Source: Kondoa subrosea (lineage: Eukaryota). From it: 64,000 bases of DNA. The position numbers and the translations under genes were made by a program. Shown here in pieces: positions 37,901 to 53,610 of this stretch (positions are counted from its first letter, which is position 1; each line of letters starts with the position of its first letter). The stretch covers positions 620,001-684,000 of the forward strand of contig BCIN01000007.1 in NCBI GenBank assembly GCA_039545335.1. The letters are read 5' to 3'. The notes under the pieces are model-generated. The model saw nothing but the letters and a program-made list of their open reading frames with translations, ran no database searches and was not told the DNA's origin.

Positions 37901-39733
37901 ATGTCAGAAACCGACTTCAAGGAAGTTACTGCTGCCCTCATCGAGAAGCTAGCAACCTCTTCTACCGGTGTACTTTTGCCGACGCGGCGATGGGATATCT
38001 TGGGCAAATGTGCCAATGCTCTAGCTATTCGCTGTACAGATGACTACTCGCTCGAAGTGTATGAGAAGAGGGGTGCTCACCGCTGTCGATGCAGCTCAAA
38101 AGAGTACTGAGGTGTTAGCTGGTCATTATCCTCTTGATCCTCGCAAGTTGAAACTATGGGATGCAAAGAAGGAACCTTTGTGATCAGTCTTCTCGCGGGC
38201 CAATATGCAAGAAATGGCAGCGCGAGTCAGAACATTGTCAAAGGACGATCCCTTGCGCAAACAAGCCGAAGAGTTGATGATGGGTCGCTTATACACCGAT
38301 GGAGAAAGTGGAATAGCTGCTGACAAGTCTCGACACGCCTATCCTGAAACGGGTCAAAATCCGCTTTTCGATTGCAGACAAAGCTTACAGCATCTTGGAT
38401 ATGCATTTGATGCTGGTAGTTCTGGTCACAAGCGCTTCATTATGCAGGATGAAGGGCAAATGAGCGCTATTGTGTTGCGGGTGAGCTACAATTCCCCTTG
38501 ATTCATACAATCTGCAGTACTCAATGAGGCGAGCAGCTGATTGAGGTTCGAAGATCACCTTCAGATGATCCTATTATACTCTTACAGTATCGCATCGCGA
38601 CAAAACAGTGAGTATATTGATTGTATGCCAATCCTGATTCACATGACATCTGGCTATAGAGATATGAAGCATACAGATATACAGGACTTTATGGATTGGA
38701 TAAGGCATGGGCACAAGCTTGGTCTCGGGTGGGAATTTTCTTTCTGCTTTTTTCCGACCATTGATGGTGTTCTCCTCAGTCAGCTCAAATCTTCAATTGA
38801 AGAGCAGGCAATAGTTCTACGCTTGCTGGAGCTCAATTCGACCCGATTGGATCCATCTTGGAAACCAAAAGCAGAACCGCATGAAGGGAAATTCAAGCTA
38901 TCGTTCCTTCTACCAACACTACCGCTAGATCAGGCTGCACTTTCGCGTTTGGAAAAGCTTGAGTCGTGCGCTGTCTGTGGTAACCTAAAGTCTGATATGA
39001 AGAGATGTTCCAGGTGAGCACTATTCTCCACTGGCCGAAGCAAATGTTAAATGCTTCTGCTGGTATAGGTGCAAAGGGGAAGAGCTGTATTGTTCTACAG
39101 GTTGGCAGAATCGTTTACCTCTACACAGTATCGCTTACCTCTGTGCTTACAGCCTGTCAGAAAGCGCACTATCCGAGGCACAAGATCATCTGTCGAGCTA
39201 TTGCAACTTCGGCTTCTCTTAATTTAACCGATGCATATGAATGCCGAGCATATGCCTTACATTACGCCTTTGAATCGCTTTTCGACTTCGAAAGATATGG
39301 CCAAGTCTTTGTATGCTACACCTGAAACGACTACTCCCCAAATTTCCCCGAACGTACATAAAGACAATCTGTTCCTCGTCAAAATTCAGTTGCCTGTATA
39401 CGACATGCTACCTAATTACTGTCCGAGTGCTCTGTAAAAACTGTCGAGCTATAGCTGCTGGCACATCTCATTAGTTGAGTATAGGATATATGATGCTCAG
39501 CGAAGCTTTACTATGCACATTTACCGATCTGACTCAGAACCAGACTTCAGTAAGCTTGTGCAAAAGGTCAAAGAAGCTGGTCCTATGGGTAAGAAGCTCT
39601 ATTGTTGGGCTCAAAGAACTGGTGAAGCGAAAATCAGTGCGCTGCCTGCTCGCTCAGAGACTTGTTTGATGATTGACTATCGTCCGTAGAGGTTCTGCAC
39701 GAACATTTGCCCAAACAAGACTTGCCATGGTGA
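37901..39733 (+). CDS. MYND zinc-finger protein
   Basis: Spliced CAVCGNLKSDMKRCSR|CKGEELYCST|ACQKAHYPRHKIIC; C-terminal FLVKIQ...IYDAQRSF...KLYCWAQR...LPW*. Confidence 0.85.
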
Positions 39734-39951
39734 TCGTTAGTGCGGGAAGCCAGGGACATATGAACCCGAACAAGTATTTGTGACACAATCACTGCCATAT
39801 TCCGCATGTATTCGTTTGTATTGCTATCATCTGCATGGATTGCTAAAATCCGCTCAGCTGATAGAGAGGTGGTCCTCCTTTAGCAAAGAGCCAGAACTCG
39901 TGCATTAATACGTCCATTGAATACACAAGACGCTTCCAACTTCCGTGCGGT

Positions 39952-41432
39952 TTAACTCTTCGACAAAGGCCATTCACTCCTTTCGTAACCACACTTTGCT
40001 AATGCTTTGTCGACGCCGTAGGTTTCGAGATCTCGATGCTCATATTCGGCTGATTGAATAAGTATCAGTATCGAGACTCTGATCTGGTGTCCTGATAAAC
40101 TCACTCGGCAAGAACCAGAGACCCGCATAACTAAATGTGTATCGTCAGCTTTGTCAAAGGTTGAAGAACGTGAGACAACATACGCTAACCCATTAATAGC
40201 AAGTTCCATATCACCTATCCCATCCCCATCTATATCGACTTCCCCTTCCTTCTCTCTATGCTCGCTCTCTTCCCTCGGTGCAGTGAAAGAACTTTTGCTT
40301 CTAGGTACGAGATGCATATGTCGAGTCGTTAACATCAGATTGTAAGAATCTCGTTTTTGTCCCGCTGGAGGTAAAGCCTCAACAGGGAGTTTGGATTTGC
40401 CTTCTGAGACTATGGAGAGGAGCGATTTATAAGCTTGGGAAAGGACAGAGAGAAGACTATCGGGAGGAAGCTCAGATATAGATGGAAGTCGGACAGCTGT
40501 GTAACACAATGAGATAAGGATCGAATACATGAAGGAAGAAAAGAGATTCTACCATAATGTACATGTCGTAGTGGTAGAAGATAAGGTTTACCGAGATCTG
40601 GCATATCCATATCTAAAGCGGTTCTTTCCAACGGCGGAGGTTTAGCATGTTGGAAAGGGATGAACTGAGTATGCAGATGAGGTTGAGAAGCTCCTGCTAA
40701 TGGACCGCCGCTATAGATTTGTCAAGGGTCGTATGTGGGCAGAAGGGAACGGCTTACTTGAAGAAGCAGAAGAATGGCTTGTCTACTTCTGCCCAGCTTG
40801 AGAGCATCCGGTATATAACGACTAGATCTTCATCAAGTAGGTCAGAGGCTTGAGGTCTGAACTTCGTTGGAACCTAAACCATAGCTTACAGTCAGTCAAA
40901 AATCAAGAGAGTCCGTAACATTTACCAGCATGATATGTTCCGGAAACATTGCGTTGGAATTGTTTAGTAGAGCATATTGACCGAGGTTCTTGATGCATTG
41001 ACCATCTGAGTAATTTGATGGTTCGAAAGGATCCGGTTTCTCTGCAGGTGCTTTCGTCAGATCAGGTGTTGATCCAGGAGCAGGCGGCTTTTCGTCAAGC
41101 TCTGGTACGATATTGATGATGTACTGGAGGAAGCAGAAGAGAGAAGTACAGGCAAGGTCAAGTGTATGACGCGACCATGGGAAACGACAACTTACTTCGA
41201 CGTCTTCATGAACGGACGTATATGCATGCTCCGTATCGAAGACCTCGACTAAGAAGCACAAGAAGCAATAAGAGCAAGAAATGAAACAGAGAATGGATGC
41301 CAAGTACTGTCACCTTTCTTGAGCGCTGCATCTGTACAAGAAGAGTTAGCAGTGCTACAGATGGTCTGGTCCATACTTACTGAAGCCCTCCTGCACGAGC
41401 TTAGGAATAATCGAATAGTCTATAGAGTCCAT
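39952..41432 (-). CDS. ATP adenylyltransferase / Ap4A phosphorylase (Apa1/Apa2 family)
   Basis: KPDPFEP, FEHIML-like segment (FPEHIML), FFCFFN|GGPLAGASQPHLHTQ, SYNLMLTTRHMHLVPRS, INGLAYAG. Confidence 0.9.
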
Positions 41433-41888
41433 TGATTGGAAAAGAGCTTACTTGGTAAGAGACAACGATGTCATGCATTTCTTTGCCTGCCGCATCTACA
41501 CGAGTACCTGTTCTAACGGAGGCTGCCTTGTTGTTCGGTCTTATACCCTGCTTGTGCAAGTGTTCGGCTTTCATGGAAACGCATGAATGTCAAATGCCTT
41601 ACCAAACCGAATCCAATTCTGGCTTCAGCTCTCTCGACGTGCTTACGTGCCGAATATCTACACGATGACACGGTTTAGAGACTATTCGCTTCCTGACTGA
41701 AGGCTTCGGCTTTCCGCTTATTGACTGTTATTGTTGACAATTGGCTCAAAAAGGAGTGAGGCGAGACCTATGCCTTTTGAGGAGCTCCACCATTTCTCTA
41801 TACGTTTCATTACACTGCACTACCACACTTCTACTCAACTACTGCTCTCCTGTATCGCTTCCGGTCTCCTGAACATACGAAACACATC

Positions 41889-43678
<1,790 letters not shown>

Positions 43679-43856
43679 TGTTGCATGCTTTGGCTTAGCC
43701 TCAATCAAGCTGTCCAGTGACCAACATCGCATCTTCTGTAATTGTAAGTCTGTAATATTATTCAATCTTGTAGCCTCTGTACTTTTTGTAACTTCTAGCT
43801 GTTGTACTGCATTGTCATTTAATTTGTCGCATCCTGCCTTTGATCTCTTGTCAACC

Positions 43857-44933
43857 ATGTCTTCTGCTTCGAAATCACTTCGACTAGCATCTCAGCTTCT
43901 GTCTCGATCAGCTGTTGCAGCGCCCAGGTCTCTCTTACCTCGCTTATCGCCAGTCTCACTGGTTCCTACAAGACAACTTTCAAATTCTTTGATTCGTCGA
44001 GGAGAAGGTCAAAGTGCGTCTCGATGTTCCCCCTAGCTGTTTGCAACAGCTAATAGGTAACCATTGGATGCACAGACGATCAAGCGTTGTCTGCTAAACT
44101 CGCTGCGGAACTGAAATATGAGCATGAAGCCACACCTACCTCTGAACCAGATTTCTTGCAAGAATTAAAGAATGAAGGTATATGGACGGTACGCTCCACA
44201 AGGTGATTTTTAGTCTGGCGCTGATTCACTTCTTTGGACTGTACAGGTCGAGGATAAATCTGGGAATGATGAAGTTGCTTTGGTCAGGAATTTCGGGAAT
44301 GAGCAGTCAGTGATACTCGCAGATATCAGTCTTTGTATTGATGTCGCTGGGGTGTGTGTTGACAGCATTCGAATTCTCTTCTCTATTTCAGATCTAGACG
44401 CACCTTCAGCAGCAGAAGATGTAGAAGAAATGGGAGAAAACGGAGAGGCGATCGCTCCATCCTCAGCACAAGAACCGGAAGTAACGGAAGAAGGAGGTGT
44501 AGCAGCTAAAACATCTGGAGATGGCGAATCTTTCCCTGTTCGAACGGCGATAACAATAACGAAAGAAGGGTCTGGAGCCTTGACTATTGATGCTGTTGCT
44601 CAAGATGGGTTGTTTATGATTGATGCCATTGCATATTACAAGGATGCAAAGATCGCAAATGATATGACTGCGGACGGAGACTGGAACAGGCGAGCACTGT
44701 ATATGGGTCCAGAGGTAAAACATCTCCGAATGTACGTACTAGGACCATGCTTATGATCGATACTACAGTTCGACGCACTCGACGAAACGCTTCAGCAAGA
44801 ATTCGAAGGTTTTCTAGAAGAAAGAGGCATTGACTCAAACTTGGCTCTCTTTATCCCTGATCTGGCAGAATGGAAAGAACAGAAGGAATACGTTTCCTGG
44901 TTAGATGGAGTCAAGCAATTCATAGATGCTTGA
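43857..44933 (+). CDS. MAM33: Mitochondrial acidic matrix protein Mam33/p32
   Basis: Presequence; LAAELKYE, LVRNFGNE, LYMGPEFDALDETLQ..FLEERGID, WKEQKEYVSWL. Confidence 0.93.
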
Positions 44934-45037
44934 AAATTCCTACATCAGGTCAAAAAGCTATTGTACAATCTATTCATCAGGTCATCAATACACACCTCTT
45001 CTTCCTTTTCTCAGTCTGTACAATTCCCCCTTTGACT

Positions 45038-46047
45038 CTACCACCATACAGGTCCACCAGCTTGACCATTTTGCCTTGTTCCAGAATGACTGCTCACATG
45101 AGTTCTTGTAAAGCCACTAGGCGAATAACCAGTTTGACTTCCTCCGTTCCTACTCGTTTGACTTCCAAACCTCGAAACCGGTTGTGCTCTTGTTCTTGTT
45201 CCCGAATGACTTGTATAACCTGATCTGGAACCAGAATGTGAGTGATGTGAAGTAATGTAAGAAGTATTTGGCATGAGTGGTGCTTGTATGAAAGAAGAAT
45301 GAGGAGAGAAAAGGTGTTGCTCTGTCGTCGGTAGGCCAGATTGAACGGATCGTGCATCTTCAGGTAAAGGACCATATTTTTCAGTGTCTTTCCTCTGTCT
45401 CTTCTTATACCAACACCAAAGCAGAAGAAGAAGCAGAGCAGCACCGCCAGCGACTGTTGAAATCTTTCGTAAGTACAGCGTCGAGTAAATGACTTGGAGA
45501 CGAACCTCCTCCGATGATAGCTGCAAGAGGTAACTTGTCAGACCCTGTATTAATTTGAGAGCTTTGTGCTGCGATAGATTGCTGAGCTGGATCGAGACTA
45601 GCTGTAGCTGTTGGTGTAGGTTTGGCTGCTTTGGCTTATACTTGCATTCAGCTTGGAACACAGTCTGCGAAGTAAACGGAGCTACTCACTAGTTGCTGCA
45701 GATGTGCTTGATTCTAGAGTATCGCTCAGAGATGAGAAGGTGTTCCCAAATCCTGCGTCGGAGTCTTCTCCATTCCCTCGACCACCTCCATTCGAAGTAG
45801 AGTCAGGAGCATCGTCTGGCGAAGAATCGTTTCCACCTCGAGGTGTGTCATTTCCTCCATCATTTCCGCTATTTCGATCCGGCCTCTTCGTAGGAGTAGA
45901 AGAGTTGGCAATATCGCTACTAGCTGAAGGCGTCTCTGATGGTGTACCAGATCCCTCATCCGCAGGAGGCCCATGTTGGGATCCTTCGATATCATCTCTG
46001 CCCGAAATTGGTATAAGTACAAGAGAAGCGCAAACGATGCGATGCAT
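45038..46047 (-). CDS. Low-complexity single-pass membrane protein
   Basis: G/N/D/S-rich stalk, TM VAGGAALLLLLLWCWY then KKRQRK; start codon uncertain. Confidence 0.6.
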
Positions 46048-46722
46048 TACCCTGGTCTGCCTTGGTGTTGTCCATTTCCTTGACCTTGACCGCGCTCTTG
46101 GCCTCCTGGAGGATCGAATTGCCCTTCTGGGGGACCTCTCTGTTGCCTTTTGAGCTGCTGAGAGCGTGTTACTCGCATTGCCGATCTGCGAGACAGCTCC
46201 AAAGGCTTTCGAGCACAGTAACACTTGAGCAGAAGCGACAGAGTGCAATAGCAAGATGCATACATCTGTTTTATACAGAAGATGCATCACATGAGAGCAA
46301 GAGACCATATTGAAACAAAGGGAAACACAGAAGATGCACTCCACGTTGATGTTTCGAGCTGATAACAGCAGAGTATATGTGCAAGGGAACGAAGTCTGAG
46401 AAGAGGAGTCACTAAGCGCAGCAAAGAAAGAGCTCGATATAGCAAAACGATGTGAAACGAATCTACTCTAACAAGATGTCATCATGACATCGGCTGATCA
46501 GGTCAAGCACGAGGACTCGTCACACAAATGTGAGCACCTGATAAGTATCTACCTGAACGAATTGGCAATTCTCGTTGTGGGAGGTCAAAACGACGCAAAT
46601 CCGCGAGGGCAGACAGAGTGTCGCCGCTATGCTTTGATTGCAACCAATACTACCAGGTTATGTCTAGGACAATCGCTACAATAATCAATGATAAGAGTAA
46701 TTACTATTTAAGCATCTTCAGC

Positions 46723-49700
46723 TTATACAGATTCCATAGGACCATACTTTGCTGCTGACCCGGTGCTAGATTGACCAAAGTTCAGAGTACACAGCGAGAT
46801 GAACACGCAAGGATCTCTTGCTAGGCTGTCGAGTTTTCTTAGCGAGTCGGCATCCAAACATTGAGGCTGAATGACTGCAGGTTGATGATCTGTTGAAGTT
46901 GCTGCTCTAGACTTGTTCAGATGCACGATGACCAATTGTTGCGAATCTACATCGGCCAAGAATTGCGCAATTGCTAAACCATGCGTCCATGAACTTGCTT
47001 GTGCAGAAGAATGACCAAACAGCTTGTCGAAGTTTGCTCGTATCTTATGCACGTCTATATGGCTTGGCAATACAAGCGCCAGACGGAAAAGACAAGAAAG
47101 AGCAAAGCCCAAACTACAGTAGTCGTAATCGAAGACCAAGGGAGCGTCAGTACCTTTGTGAGGTGCAATGCAGGTTTCAGCTGTCTTTGATGCACATTCG
47201 AAGACGACCATCGCTGCTGCCATTTGCTGAGGATCATTGAGAATAGCACTGCCATCTGCTATCGGCCAGACTGTAAGAAAAAGGTGAGATTGACCAATGC
47301 TCCTTGACAGTGCAGCGTAACTTACCAGCATAAGCATGAATAAGCATCTTTGCGAAATTGTATCCCAGTTCAAGATGGACAGGCATCGGTTCGTTGGCTG
47401 CAGGCATTCGTCCTTCTTCCATCCATTTCCAAGCTTCGGACCATCTCTGGACCCAAGCATTCAGTTGGGTGACATAATGTGCGACCGAAGCGAAAAGCGT
47501 TGGGTCTTGAATCGCATTGTTTTCTGATAATTCGCCTAGGTCGTGCTTCATTTGTGCCAAGAGAGAAACTAATTCAGCATGAGCGCTAAGGAGAAGATCT
47601 GATTCGCGATCTGTCTTCTGAGATGAGCGAAGAACTGCGCATTGTCGAGTAACCAATTCGCGAGAAGTATGGACCAAGACTGGCTCTTGCGAACATAGTG
47701 AGAACCTGTTTGCCAGTATAAGTCAATGTCTGTATAGGTGCAGTGATCAAACCTACAGATGAGAGTAGGTGAAGACTGTCAGCCATGCTCTGCCTTTCTC
47801 GATCAATATCGCTTCGTCCGCTTGACCTCGAAGGACCGGGTCGGTGAGCTTGGCAAAGACAGAGTGTAAGCCAAGATCATGAGCGATGCTATTGTTCACA
47901 TAAAATTGAGCATCACGATCTGGCGTGCCAGCTCCAACTCACCTGACTACGTGTGCTGCTAATTGAGGCTTGCAATGATAGATGAACATAATGGCCAAAC
48001 CCTTGACTATATCCTATCATCAGTACTGCTATGTGACAAGCAAGCGAAGCCTACAGTCTGAAAAACTTGGTGCTTCGCTGTTCACGTCACCAACAAACAA
48101 TAACCCTCTTCCCAAATTTTCAGCTTCGGATCCACATTGTTGCCATTGCGGTAATTGACGATAGCCACGGGAGACGACAGAACAGACTGCTGCTAGAATC
48201 AAAGGCGACCGAGTAAGGGAAGTGTGAAAAGCTGGATTGTTTTGCCATCCAAGCCGGTTTGCATAGACGTCACAAAATCTGAAAACATACTTTAGTACTA
48301 GTCAGTGAATCAGGACGGAAATAGCGTACCGAGAGTAATACTGGGCTGCTAGAACTTCCGGCACAATACCCTTCGACACGACATTTTCCGTCAAAGGTAG
48401 ATTTTCCGGAGAGTCGACATTCGCGCCCATGTTGTTTGAGGATTCTTGGAATGCTGGAGGAGGACTCAAAGCTCGGACTCGTTCATCCGCAGGATTGAGC
48501 AAGAAAGTTCTGATTGACATGCGATGACTTGATCGAGCTTGTTCGCCTGGTGTATCACAAAACGCTCGTTTCCTTTTAGCAGGTCGACTGCTAGTAGAGT
48601 CTGCGCTCAATGCTGAAGTAGGACGCAATTGGGTAGAATAACTCTGCTGTTGCTGCTGTTGATTGAGCATTGATTGAATTGATTGCTGAGGATTTGCTTG
48701 CATAGGTTGTGGTTGATGCGATGGATGTTGAGGCATGGGCATAGACTGCATTGGCTGCATCATACCGCTCGAAGTAGGAACGCCCATTGATTGCGGCGCC
48801 GGAGGCATAAAGAGGTTGTTAAAGGGAGGTTGCCCTTGCTGAGGATTTCCGCTGTGCACAAATGAAGCTGCCATAGGTTGACCAGTGTACGTTGGTAAGG
48901 CATAAGAGCTAGTGTCTGTGAACCCTTGCAAGTAGGGCGCTCGAGGTGGGACAGCTGCTTGCGACATTTGCGGAGGATATGTAGCGTTGCGCATTCTAGG
49001 ATCCACGCCATAGTCAGGTTGTACATGACCGTAATCGGGCATCATTGAGGTATTTGACTGTCTGTCGATTCCATTTGGTAGACTACCGATGTGATGAAAG
49101 TCGTTGCCATTGTTCACAGAAGAGGCGAAGTTTTGTTGTCTACGATACTGTCAGCATATTGACCAACCAGCAAGGAAGGGGACTCACTTTTTCTCAGCTG
49201 GAGGAGGACGTTTGGCAGCTGGTTCATAGATGCAATCCACGCCGTTCCTTTGACATCGCATACAGGGTCGACCTCCACTGCATTTCATCTGTATTGGAAC
49301 AGTCAGTCATGCACTCGATAACCAGATTTAACAAAACCCAACCTTTTGATGCCTCTGTACACATATCGCAAAATTTCAGCATCATGTCCTCTGAGCTCAC
49401 GGACTTTATCAGGACAAAGCTAGACATGCATGAGACAGTCATGCACGGCAAACTGATACCGGGATTGAAAATAGGGATTGCATGAGCGATCCGGAAGGGG
49501 AACAATTAAACTGCCTTCCGGGCGGGAGCAAAGGCCATGTCGGAACAAGAGTGCTTGGAAAGACTTGAATAGAGCTTACGCAGAGCTACCATCACATTAA
49601 GAACAATTCATTGAGCTCAAAATGTCAACTTATGCAAAATGAGTAGGACTTACAAGACATGCTGTTGCAGTGAACAAAGCACAGGCGTTAGCAAACGAAA

Positions 49701-49837
49701 CTTGCTATTCGAAGAGGCGAAGACGTGCCCATACTCGTCCGAGTCCTCTTCTTCTTGACCTCTCCTGCTTCTCTGCCTCCATTTGCCTCGAAATCTCGGT
49801 CTCCGTTGGTTGGCGACGCATAATCCGAGCCAGACAT
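46723..49837 (-). CDS. Zn(II)2Cys6 transcription factor with middle homology region
   Basis: Spliced KKKRTRTTCLLCRHQKMKCSGGRPCMRCQRNGVDC fits CX2CX6CX5CX2CX6C; Q/P-rich region; RSPLILAAVC. Confidence 0.9.
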
Positions 49838-50416
49838 CTATTCACAGCAGGATTTGGCCTGTATTGGTCGTTGAGAAAGGCGCAAATCCACAATAGCGAT
49901 GATCAAGCTGATAACGGTGCCTGAGGAACAATCAGGGTCGACACTCTCGAGGGCGCTCTTGTAGAAAAGTCAAGCACAACTATGTCTACGGCTAAACTCC
50001 ATAAGCCACTTCAGAAGACTGCTTCTATAATCATTTCGTAAACGCGAGAAGCTTGAAGAAGCTTAAACTCAAGTGGACCATCACGGAATTCGCTGTTTCG
50101 TCTCGCAAACCTTCAGATGATAGCAGTAGCACCTACTTTGGTGCAAAAACAGCTACTCAAATGCTCGATTCTCTGTTCTTCCTCAAAATGGCCTTGTTCC
50201 CTCTAAAACGCCGGCAAGCCTCCGCTGCTTCTTCCCGGATGCTTACCAAGCTGCATGAGTTCCGACGGGGCGATCCCATCAGTGCGAAAGAGTTATGCAT
50301 AGTCAGTGAAGGAAAAAGGGAAAAGGTCGAAATGAGGGGGAAAACCCGCAACGAAAAACGAGATTTCATATTGTACAAATACAGGTGAGCCCAAAAGAAA
50401 GAAGCGAGAGGCCGAA

Positions 50417-52677
50417 TCACAGTTTCGCACCCTGGATTTGAGCGATCTTGATCTGTTGTCTGACTCCCAAATCCAACATAATCTAAAGTCGAGCATAAGT
50501 TTCTTTCGTATGAAATCAAGGAAGCAGCGCACCTCCTCACTACCACCTGGAATGGTGTATGCTCTGACTTCTCTGTAGAGTCGCTCGATGACACCGCCTT
50601 GACCTCCCTTGGTATATCCGATGCCGCCAAAAATTTGCATAGCTTCAGCTGCACAGTAGGCGAAAGTGACTGTAGCTTGTGCTTTTAACAGCGCGACAAA
50701 TCCTCCACCTCTCAAAGTATATTCCTCGTGCGAAACTTGAGTGGTTTGATATATCTAAGGAAAATATCAATACAATCGATTTCTTTCATGACTATAGCGT
50801 CGCGCACGAGTGATTCCATCCACGAATGAGTCGCTTCAACCTGACGAGCCATGTGAGCGATCTTGTTTCTAGTTCATCCATCAGCAAATTGACGAAGCAG
50901 AAAATTATTACATACCGAATAACAGGGTGATCAATCAATTTGACACCGAAAGTTTCTCGCTTGCTAGCATATTTGATACTTTCTTCAAGACAGACTCGTG
51001 CGAAACGATTGGCTTGAATAGCAATACCGATGCGTTCTCCGTTGAACTTTCTCCACGATCAGCACTTTTCGTTCGTACGGAAGGTGCACAAAACATACGT
51101 TGGACATGATCAGGTTGAAGCCTTTGTTCTCTTTACCGACTGCAGTCATGTGAGAGTATGAAAACACACTACAAGAGATAGACACGTACTCAAGTTTGAG
51201 ACTGGTACTTTAACATCTCTGTGATTAATCATCAGATCTATACAGATCATCCGGGTTGAGGGTACTAACTCGAAGGTAATATAGGAAGTGCCAGAAGATA
51301 ATACACCCATGACATCCATTCGGCGAGTAACCACACCGGGCATATCTTTCTCGATAAGGAGCAAAGAAATACCGCCCATGCCTTTACCACCCGTTCGGAC
51401 TGCTACAGTGAAGAAATCTGACCAAATACCGTTGCTGTGTGTCCCAAATGCAATCTAATCAGAATTCGAGAGCTCAGATCAGACCCGAAACATACGTGAT
51501 CCATTTCTGCACATAACGTTAGCTTGCTCGGAATTTGTAAACTTGATTGACTTACCTTTTCACCATTGACGATGTAATGCTTTCCATCTTCAGTCTTCTT
51601 CGCGGTTGTAGTAAGATTTGCTACATCCGATCCAGCACTAATTATTGCTGTTAGTGAGCATGCTCGGCAAGCACGAAGCAGCAAACCTAGGTTCAGCTAC
51701 AGATCGTTGTTAGCGAAGAATGCCATAAATAAAGTTGAGGCCGTACTGATAGCAAGACAGATACGCTTCTCTCCGCGAAGACAAGGTGGAACAACTCGTT
51801 CTTGCATTTCGCTTGAACCAACTAGTGCAGGATAAGCAAGTTTTCAGTGAAGCCGAGTGCAATCGGCTTACAATGCATTACTGGTGGTAGACCAATGCCG
51901 AGACCACCCATCAGGCCCCAGATCACACTGCCACGCAATGAGAATGCAAGAGAAAGCGAATTCAAGCTGCACCTACCCTCCTGAAGCGCATCGACACAGC
52001 TCATCGGTGACGATGAAGGAATGGAAAGCGTCCCATTCTTCAGGCTTGACGTTACCGGGCACAGGAATGCCTTTGGCAAACTTGGAAGGCCAAACGTTAC
52101 TATTTGTCCATCGTTTATTAGCGGACCGTCAGAATGCACATGTCTTTGAACTGACCCAACTACGCAAGACAAGATCCCCATTTCACCTGCTTTGCGCATG
52201 AACTCTTCAGGTAGACTAGGCGCAGCTTCAGTATTCTGAGGCAATAGTCGAGGAGTAGAAAGACACTTACATTCTCGCAGCATCCCAATCGTCTACTTCA
52301 GGAATGACATACTCCTCAGTGAAGTCACGCATATACTTGCGTAGTCTACGATGAGACTCGTTGTAGTAAGGTGAGCTCCACTAGAGCGATGTCAGCGTCA
52401 ATCAATAATACAAGACGAGCAAGGCTTACTTGTTGGTAATGCATAGGGTCGCCAAAGGGAATACCACTGCCGAAAGCTTCCGTAGGGTCATCCTCTTCTT
52501 CTTCCTCCTCTTCTTGCTTGATAGCTTTCTGGATTGAGCGGAACATCAAAGGTCAGATTAGCTGATGACGGGTACAATGAAACAAGACGCACACTCTGCT
52601 CCTTGGACGGCTCGACTGATTAACAGGCATTGTCAGTCTCCATTGTACCGCAGTAGGCAATTGTGCGAACATTGCAT
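50417..52677 (-). CDS. Acyl-CoA dehydrogenase with C-terminal PTS1 (AKL); 5' end uncertain
   Basis: CLAI|TEPS|AGSDVA, NGEK|KWIT|NG, QIFGGIGY, IPGGSEE, ends QGAKL*. Confidence 0.92.
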
Positions 52678-53432
52678 CTTGAAGATTAGATAGATTGCTA
52701 AGGACAACGCATCAGTGATTGGCCAACACAGTCGAATGCAAGCGTTGAGCTCACTGCTGTGGCTTGATGAGAGATTCTAGACTTGAGTAGGACTGCTACT
52801 CTTGGCTGCTTAGAGTAAAGGGAGTGAGCGAAATCATTGGATTGGGACTTTCACATGTTGCACCGAACTGACGATTTCTGGTTTGGCGATCACGTCGCTG
52901 GTACACTTGCAGCAGAGCACTCAAACAGCGCGAGTTCGCGTTCACTTTGAAGCTTTCTCGGTAGATGCAATCTCTTCAAGAATCTGTCTTCTTCGGCTCG
53001 ACGCAAATGCTTCTTGTGGTCTGCCTATCCGTGTTTCCTACGTCGGGCTCTCGGAGCCGAGAATCTCTGTAGACTGTGAATCTTTGTCTTTCTTTGTAGG
53101 GGCTCTTTTCCGGAACCAGATCGAAATCTACTTCGCAACCTTTTTTCTCTCGCGCTTCTCTTCGTCCTGCAGTCGGTGTCTACAGTAACTATAAGGCGTC
53201 ATATGATTACCAAGACTCTTGTAACATCTCTCACGCCATGATGAATTTGAATATCGACTGAGAGCCATTTGCGCAAAGGCTACTTTTCAGACTCTTACCT
53301 CTTTCTTCTTCAATTCAGGGTCCATACTTGTCCTTCTGACAAGCCCGATTTCTTTGTAATCAGTAATCAGTACCTTAGTTGCAGTACCTCAGTATCAAGC
53401 CATCAGTAATCAGTATAAGAAGTGCATCAGTT

Positions 53433-53504
53433 GTCTTTTCTCTCATTCATCTTCTCAAGCACACAAAGGTCTTTTCTCTCATTCATCTTCTCAAGCACAC
53501 AAAG
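53433..53504. repeat. Perfect 36-bp tandem duplication upstream of the 53611 gene
   Basis: gtcttttctctcattcatcttctcaagcacacaaag x2. Confidence 0.95.
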
Positions 53505-53610
53505 ATCTGTTAAGCCTTCTTACTCATCTTATTGAATACTGGCTGATTTGCCCGGACAGCATTAATACCTTCCATCCCCGTCACACATCCCAAACAAAGA
53601 CTTACCCAGC

